A stretch of 62,756 bases of DNA, the filler included, from Chiloscyllium plagiosum (Eukaryota): the NCBI RefSeq assembly GCF_004010195.1. It is 6 parts of one record of this genome, joined end to end, with 100 filler letters (N's around TTAATTAATTAA, not from the genome) between each part and the next. Parts side by side here need not be neighbours in the genome. Positions count along the whole stretch, not along the records: positions 48,803 to 57,267 come from NC_057714.1; positions 57,368 to 62,756 come from NC_057714.1; 4 more parts are not named here. The stretch is one strand, 5' to 3'. This document shows positions 50,790 through 62,170 of the stretch, in pieces. Every line of letters starts with the position of its first letter. Position 1 is the stretch's first letter. The translations under genes and the position numbers were made by a program. The notes under the pieces are model-generated. The model worked only from the letters and a program-made list of their open reading frames with translations, had not been told where the DNA came from and ran no database searches.

Positions 50790-53270
50790 CCAGTCCAACA
50801 ACGACACCTCCATACCTTGTATGCCTTGACATTGCAAGAATACATTAAATGTTATGAGGGTTTTTGCCTCTACCTTACTGAAAGTGAGTTCCAGATTCCC
50901 ATCTCCATTCAAGTAGAAAAAGATTTGCTTACACCACCACTAAACCTCCGGCTTTTTTACCTCATCTATCCCTTAGTTATTGATCCCTTCACCAAAGGAC
51001 AAAGTTTCTTTGTTTATCCTGTCTATGCCCCTCATAATTTTACACATCTCAATCATGTCCCCCCTCAGTCTCCTCTACTCCAAGAAAAACAACCCCAGTT
51101 TTTCCATAGAAGAGAATGCATACAGTGTGAAAACAAGCCATTTGGCCCTTCAGGTCCACACTGACCCTTCTGAACAGCAAAGCACCAGACCCATCCCCTT
51201 ACCCTTTCCCTGTAACCTTATATTTCCCATGCCTAATGCAGGTCTCTTCACAATTGAAACTCTCCAGCCCAGTCAACATCCTAAACCTCCTTTGCTTCCT
51301 CTCCAGTTCAACTTCATCCCTCCTATAATGTGGATTCCAAAACTGCACACATTACTCTACTTGTGACCTAACCAGCATATCTTCTCTGTTCTTAAATTCT
51401 ATACTTTTGTTATTAGAGGCAAGTATCCTATATGCCTTCTTAACTACTTCATCAACCTGTCCCACAATCATCAGGGACCTTTGGACATGTACACCAAGGC
51501 CTTCTGAGCTATGATGCTTCTCATAGTCCTATCTTTCATCATGTATTACCCTGCCTTATTCGCTCTGTCCAAGTGCATCATCCCATACTTATCTGGATTG
51601 AATTCCATTAGCAACTGGTCAGCCCTTCTGACCACCTCATCTATGTCCTTCCATATTCTTAGGCTATTCCCCTCTCTAGCATTTTCATATTAACCACAAA
51701 CTTAATCATCAACTCTCCTGCATTCAAGTCTAAACTATTACATATACCACAAACATCAAGAATCCAACACTGATCCATGCAAAACAAAGGCTTCAAATCA
51801 CAAAAATACCCCTCGATCATCACCCTTTGTTTCCTCCTGAAGAAGGGCTTATGCCCGAAACGTCGATGATTCCTGAAGAAGGGCTTATGCCCGAAACGTC
51901 GATTCTCCTGTTCCCTGGATGCTGCCTGACCTGCTGCACTGTTCCAGCAACACATTTCCAGCTCTTACCTTTGCTGTCAGTCTCTCATGCAGGACCTTAC
52001 CAAACGCCTTGCTGAAGTCCAAGTAGACCACATCGAATGTATTACCCTCATCTACACATCTGGTTACCTCTTCAAAAAATTCAATCAAGTTGGTCAGACA
52101 TGACTTGCCCTTACGAAAACCACAGTGACTATTCTTAAGTAATTCCTGACTCTCCAAGTACTGATTAATGTTGTCGCCCAGATTACTTCCAATAGTTTCC
52201 CCACACTGAAGTTAGACTGATTGGGCTGTAGTTTCCTGGTGCATCCTTTCATCCCTGAACTGCCTACAATCCTTTCTTGAATAATGGCAGCACATCTTTC
52301 CTCTGCATCTTTCCTCAACTAAGGGGACCAAAACTGTGCACAATATTCCAGGTGCAGCCTCACAAATGCTTTGTATAGTTGCAGCAATACTTTCTTACCT
52401 TTACATTTGATTCCTTTAATTATAAAAGTCAACATTCCATTCACTTTCTTTATTATTTGCTGTACATGCATGCTAGTTTTTTGTGACTCATGAATGAGAA
52501 CACCCATATCCCTCTGCACTGGATCACCCCAAAGTCTTTCCCCATTTAGATAATAGGTCGCCTTTCTATTTTTTCAACCAAAATGCATGACCTCACACAT
52601 ACCCACGTTAACTCCATCTGCGACATTTTCACCCACTCTCCTAATCTATCAATATCTATTTGTAAGGTTCTCATTGCCTCATTGCAATTTACTGTCCTTC
52701 TATTTTTGTGTCATCTGCAAATTTGGCCATACAGCTCTCTATCCCTGTATCACAGAATATAGAACATAGAAAAATACAGCGCAGTACAGGCCCTTTGGCC
52801 CTCGATGTTGCGCCGATCCAAGCCCACCTAACCTACACTAGCCCACTATCCTCCATATGCCTATCCAATGCCCGTTTAAATGCCCATAAAGAGGGAGAGT
52901 CCACCACTGCTACTGGCAGGGCATTCCATGAATGCCCTGTTGTTAATATAAGTTGTTAATATAAGTTGTTAATTCAAGTTGTTAATATAAATTGTAAATA
53001 GCTGGTGCCCAAGGACCGAACCTTGTGGCACCCCACTACTTCGATCGTGCTATCCAGATAAAAAATCCCATTTATCCCAACTCACTGTCTTCTGTCCATC
53101 AGCCAGTCACCTATCCAAGCTAATAAATTTCCCCAAATCATATGTGATTCAATCTTGTGAATTAATGTTTTGTGTGGCACATTATGAAATGTCTTCCAGA
53201 AGTCCCGATATACTACATTTACAGAATACCTATTATCCACTTACCTTGTTACAACTTTGAAGAACTCCAG
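50790..53270 (-). mobile_element. Cluster of old CR1 fragments with a young CR1 tail at ~52755-52931
   Basis: HCGFRKGKSCLTNLIEFFEEVT..DFSKAF and QRDMGVLIH..VRLHLEYCAQFWSP. Confidence 0.75.
51835..51965 (+). ncRNA. Family A element with tandem double hammerhead core
   Basis: The identical 33-nt TCCTGAAGAAGGGCTTATGCCCGAAACGTCGAT occurs at 51835-51867 and 51871-51903. Confidence 0.82.
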
Positions 53271-53449
53271 TACAACTCTGCACCACAAATCAGCTGACCT
53301 ACTAACTGAGGTAATTTTTCCTTTTTATTTTTGCCCTGAATTTTAGAAAGGTAATTACTGGCATAATAACTGCTAAATGAAATTGCATGCTACATAGTTT
53401 TATAAGGACCCCAAGATCTAAAGTACAAAATGTTGGGACAGTTAAACAC

Positions 53450-53690
53450 TATGTTCTCATACTTAGAAAAAAGAAAATGGGAGGATGTTGGAAAATTCCT
53501 GAGAAAATATGAGGTAATTTGTAGAGATGTACTAATTTAGCTATATATGGTGTGGACCGAGGAGACTCAGGACTGAGAAGACAACAGCTTTATTGGTTGA
53601 GCCCATAAAGAAAAAGGCTCATGCAGAAATTCAGTATATGCTAGAGAACAACAAGATTGAAGCTAGTTAAAGCAACTAGAGTTCACCAGT
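53450..53690 (+). mobile_element. Decayed Gypsy-type pol fragment (region preceding RT)
   Basis: RQQLYWLSP*RK..HAEIQYMLENNKIEAS*SN*SSP resembles the Gypsy Q.PYR...EI..ML...IE.S.S.WSSP pattern. Confidence 0.5.
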
Positions 53691-54283
53691 TTTAAACAAA
53701 ATTAACATTCAGTGCAGCTGGAGAAATAGCATGGCTTGATTTATGGTGCGTCTCTCCAGTGCGTTGTAACATCACCCAATTTCATTTTCACAGCCTGATC
53801 TCCTGAACCAAGGCCATTGTACACTGCCATCCTTGATTAACACATCTACCTAGCTTCTTATTTTTTAAATATTATATACTGCTCAATATTGAGGACCCAA
53901 CTTCATCATGCTGAAGTTGTGTCTCTCTAATGGCTATCAAATTACATTTATTTATTTCAATGCATGATATAATTTCATTTACTGTGAAATGATTTCTCCA
54001 TTCACTCAGCTACAAAGCCATTTGTTTTGCCTTTCCTGTTGTTTGTGTAACATCTCATCTTGATGGTATATCCTGAGGTTTTTTATGCCTCCCTTCCATT
54101 CTCTGATGCTTATTTCTCATTATTATTTTATTCACCACCTGAGCAGGGTCGGTGTTCTTGCCAGTTGCATAACCAATGAAGTAGGGAAGATTTTAAAGTG
54201 AAATTTTGGAGCAAGAAATTAAATTTGTGAAGCTGTGATAAATTAAGGGGTAAAATCAATTAAAATGGGAAATGATGTGCGGA

Positions 54284-54399
54284 GAGTAGAAAGTGAGGAC
54301 TGCAGATGCTGGACATCAAGAGTTTAGCGCTAGAAAAGCGCAGCAGGTCAGGCAGCATCTGAGGAGCAGCAGAATCGATGTATCAGGCATAAGCCTTTC
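54284..54399 (-). mobile_element. Decayed family A short element with ~10-bp TSD
   Basis: AGAAAGTGAGGACTGCAGATGCTGGA...GGCATAAGCC. AATGATGTGC occurs at 54271-54280 and 54400-54409. Confidence 0.75.
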
Positions 54400-54489
54400 A
54401 ATGATGTGCAGACCATGATAGGAAGGGGTAGTAAGAATGAATCTAAGAGTCAACCAACAAATAAGACTGGAATTTACAAAAAGAATAAA

Positions 54490-56030
54490 AGAGCAAAACT
54501 AAAGGCTCCGTATCTGAATACATGTAGTATTCAAAACAAAATGGATGATCTGAAGAAGTAAATAGAAATTAAATGAGTATGACTTGTTAGCCATTACAAA
54601 GACTTGACTACAGATGACAAGGATTGGATTTTGAATCTCGTAGGGATATTTAGAAGTGATAGGAAATCAGGAAAAGATCCTGTTAGTTCATGATTCTGTT
54701 AGCATAATAGAGAGGGATGATTGAAGTTCAGAAAACCAAGATGTGGAAACAATTTAGGTCGAAATGAGGAATTATAAAGGACAAAATGCACTTGTGGGAG
54801 TGGAGTACTAGCCTGTAACAGTAACTCTGGTGGAGTAAAAAGAAATAACGAGAGCTTGTCGGAATGGTACAGGGTTAATCAAGGGAGATTTTTAATCCAT
54901 ATATTGGGCTGAAGAAGTCAGACAGGCAGAGGGAGCCTAGCTAAGGAGATCAAAGTTTTTAGAATAGTTTCTTAGAAAAGCACATTCTGGAACTGACCAG
55001 ACAACAGGTTATAATAGTCTTGGTGCATTAAGAAAGGATTAATTAATAATCTCATAGTAAAGATTCATCACTTGTAATAACCAAGATATGATTGAATTTT
55101 ATTTATTTTGGTTTCTAATACTTCCAACCTTCCCACCTACTTATCGTCTAATAACACTCACCAGACATTCATTAAGGCAAGTGAGAGGTATTAATGTATC
55201 TTCGAAATCTGTAGCAGCACAAAATACAATATCTATAATACTTTGTGGCAGTGTTCACTTGTGAGAGGTATACTGTGGGTATAGAAATCAGGGAGAAGGA
55301 CTGTGATATACTGAAAAGAAATTAGCAGAGGCAGGACGAAGATTCTCAGTGGTTTGGCAGGCTTAAAAGTAAATAAATCTCCAGGATGAAATGTATCCCA
55401 GGCTGTTGAGTGAGGCAATGGCAGAAAAACAGGGGTGCTAGCAATTATTTCCAATTCCTGCCTGGCCACAGAACAGATGTCAGAGGACTGAAGAGTGGCC
55501 AATGTGCTACCATTATTCAAGAAGGGATTGGAGGAAGCTCAGAGGAGGTTCACTAGATTGATCCCAGAGGCGAAGTGCTTGTCTTTTAATGAGAGACTGA
55601 ACTGTTTAGGACAATACTGTCTGGAAATTAGAAGAATGACAGGAGATTAAATTGAGGTGTTCAAGAGGATAAAAGATATGAATAAAATAACTGTGGAACG
55701 GATACTTCCTCTTGTGGGACATTTTAGGATGAGACGCCATAGTCTTAGTATAAGGGGTAGCAAATTTAAAACAGAGTTGAGAAGAAACTACTTCTCCCAA
55801 AGGGTTGTGAATCTGTGGAACTTCCTACCCCAAAGTGCAATGGATGCTGGGACAGTGAGTAAATTTAAGGAGATGTTACACAGATTTTTTAATTGGTAAT
55901 GTGTTGAAAGGTTATGGAGAGAAGGTGGGAAAATGGGAGTGAGGAACATGCCAGCCATGATCTAAAGCTGGAGCAGATTTGATGGACCGAATGGCCTAAT
56001 TCTACTCCTATATCTAATGAAATTATGAAC
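54490..56030 (+). mobile_element. Old CR1 fragments (EN, RT, 3' end)
   Basis: YLNTCSI-like EN start, KSPG..VPEDW-like region, and GHSL-like...YFSQRVVNLWNFLP. Confidence 0.65.
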
Positions 56031-56840
56031 TAAGAAAAAATCTTAGACAGTGTAATTTGAATTCTTGTACCGGCTGAGATTACTTCTCAGCCTCTTCCCC
56101 GAGGCATGGTGACTGTCAGATTAAACCACCACCAGTCATCTCTCTTTAATGAAAACTCAGCCCTATGGTCTGGTAGGACTATGTGACTTCATAGATTCAT
56201 AGAGTCATATAGCATGGAAACAGACCCAGTCCATGCTGCAAAAAAATCACAAACTAAACTAGTCCCACCTGCCTGCTCCTGACCCATAACCTTCCAAACC
56301 TTTCCAATTCATGCAATTACCTTTTTATTATTAGTGCATTGTTTTTTGAAAAGAAGAAGGTTTTGTTCTCAGAAGGAATGAAAACTAACCTTCAAATTTA
56401 GGCAGACAAGAGCCAATGGCAATCTGACGTCAAGAGTTGGCCCAAGGCCATTGGCTAAAAAAGTTCAGACAGTTGACTGACACAGAGAAGATAACCTGCT
56501 CCTTTAAATGACTAGAGAAATGTGGTTTAATCTTCTTGGGGGCAGAAAGGAGTTCTTTTTGGGCAGTTCTGAAAAACCATACCTTGTAGGCAGCAGTTCT
56601 CATCAGTCCCCAGACTGCAGGATTCATTAATCAGTTCTCATCAGGCAGATGGAAGATAGACCAGAAGAAGGAAGTCCAGCTAGAAAGCAAGATCTTGCTC
56701 CCACCAGTTTAACAAAAACAAGATATTCTGCACCAACAATCTGTTTGTCCTCTGCTGAACAATCCCCAGTTGTCATGTTGTATACTTCCTTTATATAATT
56801 AGTGCAATATATAAAACACTGCTGCTTCTTATCAAATTTA

Positions 56841-56985
56841 ATAGAACATAGAACATAGAAGAATACAGCGCAGTACAGGCCCTTCGGCCCTCGATGTTGC
56901 GCCGATCCAAGCCCACCTAACCTACACTAGCCCACTATCCTCCATATGCCGATCCAATGCCCACTTAAATGCCCATAATGAGGGA
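56841..56985 (-). mobile_element. Young CR1 3' tail with (ATAGAAC)n
   Basis: Near-identical to 31938-32080 and 52757-52900. Confidence 0.85.
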
Positions 56986-57267
56986 GAGGAGAAAGTGAGG
57001 TCTGCAGATGCTGGAGATCAGAGCTGAAAATGTGTTGCTGGAAAAGCGCAGCAGGTCAGGCAGCATCCAGGGAACAGGAGAATCGATGTTTCGGGCATAA
57101 GCCCTTCTTCAGGAATGAGGAGATGACCTGGGGGGTGCAGTGAGAGAGGGACTCACTGAAATCTTTGTAGAGGGAGGAAGAGAGCTTCTTCAAGGAAGGC
57201 ATCCTTGTGAGAGGATTCGCAGTAGGTTGAAATCTTTGAGGAGAAAGTGAGGTCTGCAGATGCTGGA
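56986..57267 (-). mobile_element. Tandem family A units (~252-bp period) with hammerhead core, running into a gap
   Basis: GAGAAAGTGAGGTCTGCAGATGCTGGA starts at both 56989 and 57241. The reverse-complement core reads CTGAAGA-A-GGGC-TTAT-GCCC-GAAA-CATC. Confidence 0.75.
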
Positions 57268-58129
57268 NNNNNNNNNNNNNNNNNNNNNNNNNNNNNNNNN
57301 NNNNNNNNNNNTTAATTAATTAANNNNNNNNNNNNNNNNNNNNNNNNNNNNNNNNNNNNNNNNNNNNGTGGATGTGGTTGTGTGGTGTGTGAAGGACTTG
57401 CAGAGTGTGAGAAATTGGAAGAATCCCGTTTTGCTCTCCTGGAGGTCAGAGCCAAAAATAAGGAAAGTTTGATAGCTGTTTAGTTTGTTTAACTCTCCTA
57501 AATCCATTTGCAATATTTTCACATCAGTTTGGAGCTGCTTGGGGGAATATGGAAATGTTTTTGATAAAGGAGGAGGCTATTCTGTCCATCAAATCTGCAC
57601 CAGTTGGTTTAATGAATATCATTACATTGTGCCAATATCTTTCTTTTTCCCTCAGATCTTTGCACATTACCTTTGCCCAAATAATCATCCAATGCTCTCT
57701 TGAATGCTTCAATTCAACCTGCCTCCACCACACTTCCAGGCAATGCATTCCAAATGTGAAATACCCACTGAGAGAAAAGGCATTTTCTTCTTTTGCAGAT
57801 CACTTTAAATCTATGCTTTCTTGTTGTGTAGAACAAAGACAATTTTGTTGCATGAATATAATGGTGAATTTTGGGGTTATTGTAACTGTTTGCCCTAAAA
57901 ATAGGCTTCAGATCAAATTAATGCAATTTATCTCGGATTATGTTTGTAATCAAATATACTGACCAGGTGAAGTTGAATTAAAGTCCCCATAATTACATTT
58001 ATTTCCATATCCTATAATGTGTAATCCTTTCTAGGAGCGATTAAGTTTGTCTTCAAAGGCAGATTTATCAACAATTACCAAAGGCCAATTATGCACCAAA
58101 CAAAGAGTTAAAAATTAAGTTATCGGGAT

Positions 58130-58890
58130 GAAAATAACCAAACGCAACTGGCCCATGATTTCAAAACATGCAACATAGTAGCTGTGATGGTGCAATTCAG
58201 CAACATCTAGTGGATAACCCTGACTGTGTGAGGAATGTGATGAATTACACTGACAACCAGTTAAGGGTTGTCAGTTGTGCTTGCAGTGTGGTGCACTTGC
58301 ATGTGCTGGAAACTATATATATACATTGGGTTTGGTTCTTTGCAGATGGGAAGAATACATAAACACACACTGTGCCACACTCAACTCAATGGAATCGGTC
58401 ACAGCCATTCTCTGGTTCATTTCTCAGGACAATGACTCTGATTGGTCAGTGAAATCTCCCTCAGTAAAAATTAACACAGGTTAACAAAGCCTGAAACAAA
58501 AACAGAAGTTGCTGGAAAAGCTCAGCAGATCTGGCAGCATCTGTGAAGCGAAATCAGTGTTAACTCAGGTATCCCGAAGGGTTCTGAGGAATGTTCACTC
58601 GATCGGAAAAGTTAACTTTGATTTCTATTCACATATTCACAGACCTTTTCCAGCAACTTCGTTTTTTATTTCTGATGTACAGAATCATCAGTTCTTTTGG
58701 TTTCTATTCATAAAACCTGGCTGTCAACTATCAATCCCCATTAATGAGTGCATTCTCCATGACAGCACTTCTGCCAATCAGTGTCCATTTGCCAACCAAG
58801 CAGCACTTTCTTCTCATGCATTATAAATGTTATTTCTCCCTTTAAACTAATATTCTTGCAAATTATCCTGATGAATGCACTGAAAAACTG
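58130..58890 (+). mobile_element. Old PLE family C 3' end, interrupted by a family B palindrome at ~58495-58705
   Basis: AIQQHLVDNPDC..NYTDNQLRVV..HLHVLETIYI, then CTGATGA at 58868-58874. The insert has inverted arms and CTGAGGA at 58584-58590. Confidence 0.7.
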
Positions 58891-58892
58891 TA

Positions 58893-59096
58893 TCATTGAC
58901 CCTCTTCCTGCATTGCTGCGCATTTCTCCAGACAGGTGACCCTGCACTGACCCAGGTAGTTACCTCGGACCAGGCTGCCAGAGTCTGAAGCTGATCCCAG
59001 GGAGTGGAAGACATCCCATTGGTATACCAATCTATTCAGCAGGACCTCCAGGTCCCTATTTGCAAAGTGGGATGAGCATTTCCCTCTGTCTGCCAT
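58893..59096 (-). pseudogene. Decayed Myb/SANT-like DNA-binding domain (Harbinger/PIF accessory-gene type)
   Basis: MADRGK.SSHFANRDLEVLL..., then in a shifted frame AWSEVTTWVSAGSPVWRNAQQCRKRVND. Confidence 0.65.
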
Positions 59097-62000
59097 GTCC
59101 AGGGCAAATGGATCATACGGGGCATTTGAGCATGCTAGTCTGGGTGCGTAATGGGCATTGAAAGATGGCGCCAGTGCCAGGGATGAAGATCAATTCTGGG
59201 ATGCCCCAGCTGCAGCAAGTCATTCCTGGATTAGTATGTGGTAAGGTGTGGCTGGGATCAGAGGAGAGGGTGCCATATGGATGGAGTAGGTAGTGAATGT
59301 GACGGGTTTGGCAAAATACAGCAAGAAACCTCGCTTGGCCTCATGTTGAAAACCACCCAGTGATCTCACTGAAATTTACACTTAGTCAGAGAACAACAGT
59401 TCAGCACCATAGTGTCTGCAGCAGAGAAACAGACCATTCAGCCCAATTGCTCTATCCCATTGTTTGTACTTCACACAAGCTTCCTCCAATCTCTCATTAT
59501 CTATAAGCGTATATTCTTTCTTTCTTATATTTATCTAGCTTCCTGGTAAATGTTTCTATGTAATCTACTTTAAACCAAATAGGGTTTGTCAAATCAGTAC
59601 ACACATGAATTTCTCTCACCAAATTATCCAGCTGGGACAAGGTTAGAATTACAACTATTGGAAACTCACAAAGGCGGGATGTGTCTGATCTCTAATTATC
59701 CATCCTGGGCTTTCCATTCATCAAAACGTTTGTTCATTTTTACACAGCAGGTGCAGCAACACAAGAATCATTAGATCACTTGATGCCATAAAGCAAGAGC
59801 TCAGGCTGGAGCAGAACTGTTAAAAACATATTCGTACATCCAGCCTTGAGTTAATGATACATCGAGAGGCATGGAAAGAACAACGGGCATGAATGGCAAA
59901 ATAAGACCCTGGAAACTTAGCAATGAATCCAAAGTTGCATCATTATCCAATTGCATCTGGCCCAATATTTTCTCTTCTGCGTTAACAAATTTGTAAAGGT
60001 GTGCATGTTGTGATCAGGTTTACAAATTTATTTGCCTGTACAGTTTGGGAAGCTGGAATAGGCTAACTGATCCTGCTTATCAAGGGCCTGCTCTGCAGTT
60101 AGCTGTGTCTGGGTCCCTAACCAGAGTCACAAGCTGTGTCTAAAGACAAACGATTCTTATTGCCCAGTGACTATCCTGTGACCCAATGACCAGTTTAGGA
60201 GAAAGGCAACATTACAGCAGAATTAAAATGAAACGTGACCACGACCATGAAACTGGTCGCAGGTGGAATGGAATCTCTGCTTGCTTCTCTGCAAGATCAG
60301 TGGCATATATTGCTGTCCTCCCAGAAGGTTTGCTGCTTTGGATCTCCATTGCAGTCTGCCCTTACATATTGCACATAAGTCAATCACATTCAGTCCATAA
60401 TATCCATCATCCATTTCTTCATCTGCTTCCTTTTTCTACATTTTCTGTCCATCTTCCCTTCAAAAAATCTTTGTTCTGTCTACAGTACATTGTTGGGACT
60501 GAAACACTTATTGGTGTCTAGCACTATTTTCATCTTTTCTTTAACCATTTCCAGAACTTCTTTGTTGTCTTTCTGTCGGTTGTAGGATAAGAGGAACTTT
60601 CTCCTATATGTTTATATTTTGAGTGTGGGATCCTTATCTAACTGAGAGTCCCTGATCCAAAATGGTGAGTATGGATGTGGCATTAACCATATACGATGTA
60701 TATATGTCCCTTTTGCACCAAGAGGTTGAAAGTAAATCTGGTATGGATCAACATCGACACTTGAAGCACCAAATGGGCACTTACTTTTAGGCAAATGCAA
60801 CTTGTCTCCCAGTAATTTTAAATACCTCAAACATACAAAAACCATATGAACAAGGAACAAGAGTAGCCCCCTCAGCCTTTTGAGAAATTTCCATCATTCA
60901 ATAAGATAGCAGTTGATCTTATTTTAACTTCAACTCTACATTCCTAAAAGCCTTGATGATCTGTCATCCCCATGCTAATCAATTTTAAGGGTGTCTGACT
61001 TTAGCAGTACACCTCCCAGAACTGCAGTTCCTCTTCGCTGCCTGCCTGCACCAAAACCAGCAATAGTTATTTGGGATGACCCCTCCTGCCATTTGACTCC
61101 ACATAATCGGCAGAAGGGGAACAGGTGAAAGATTCACCAGTAGGCGCAGCCTGGAACTTACACTGGGAAGCCAACACCTCAGAATTTCAGCTGCACTATG
61201 GTGAAGTGCAACAGCTAATATTTAGGTCATTGATGTCTTCAGTGTTGGAACAAGCTGCAGCTAGTAACCAGGTTGTTTGCTGAATAGTCACAACAACCTC
61301 CAGACATGGAGACCACATGCAAAACCAACAGGATCTTTCCCAACTAATATTTGTATTGGCAAGTGATTTGGGGTTTGGTGAGGCAGAGGTTGTATCTCTG
61401 CATCTTTCAAAGTCCTCATAGTTGACTTTACAGCACAAGCATGACAAGCGAGGACTATCATTCATTACCACAACAACATCCATCAATGGTAGATCGGCTG
61501 ATGGTCATGAAAACAATACAAGAGGTTGCATCCTGTCGTCAGTGGTATGGGCTTTCCTGTCTTCCAAGAAAGACATATCTAGTGGTATACCTTCTGTGTA
61601 CTCTGAAAGTCACCACATACGTACCCTTCTATGGATCTTCAAAGCTTTTATGGATGTTCAGAAGGCTTTTTCATGTTGTAGTATTTGTATGATCAAATGA
61701 TCAAAATGTTCCAACTAAGCAAAATGTGAATAATACTTTGGCAATTAGCGATGTCACAGCTGAGTGAGTGACTCACAGCTGAAACTCTGATTCTTTGTTT
61801 CAGAGAGGGGCATTATAAATCTGAAGGGAGGTGAGGGCAATCTGGAAGAAAACCAGGGAATTGTAAAATTCATACTGTTATGATCTTTCCTTAGAGGAAC
61901 ACCTAGGTTAAGGAGTAAGCCATTTGGTATAGGTTAGATCAATGTTAAAAAGAGCAGATGAGAAGATACATTTAGCAAGATTAAACAGGAGCTACTGTGT

Positions 62001-62170
62001 AGGTGGTACTGTGATTGGGTTTTGAAAATATACTGATTGTAATTATTTAGAATATGCACAGCCCTTGTAATAAAAATGACGTCAGTCTCATATGAAGCCT
62101 TAGTCAAGGTAGTACCGATTTAGCTTTGCTCATTATATCACGTTATTCTTTTAATATTTTGACACTTTTC

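Noticed and set aside
51835..51903. 33-bp hairpin-containing direct repeats resembling a CRISPR array
   Set aside because: There are only two units with a 3-nt spacer, no cas genes and a vertebrate context. The hammerhead duplication explains them.
22302..57367. Recurrent palindromic TTAATTAATTAA motif at 22346, 32188, 43139, 48747 and 57312
   Set aside because: It always sits between 44 Ns on each side, so it is an artificial scaffolding linker. Adjacency across these gaps is also unverified.
61196..61920. Short ORFs and possible splice sites in non-repeat sequence near the right end
   Set aside because: There is no recognisable protein similarity or consistent exon frame, so they cannot be supported without RNA or homology data.
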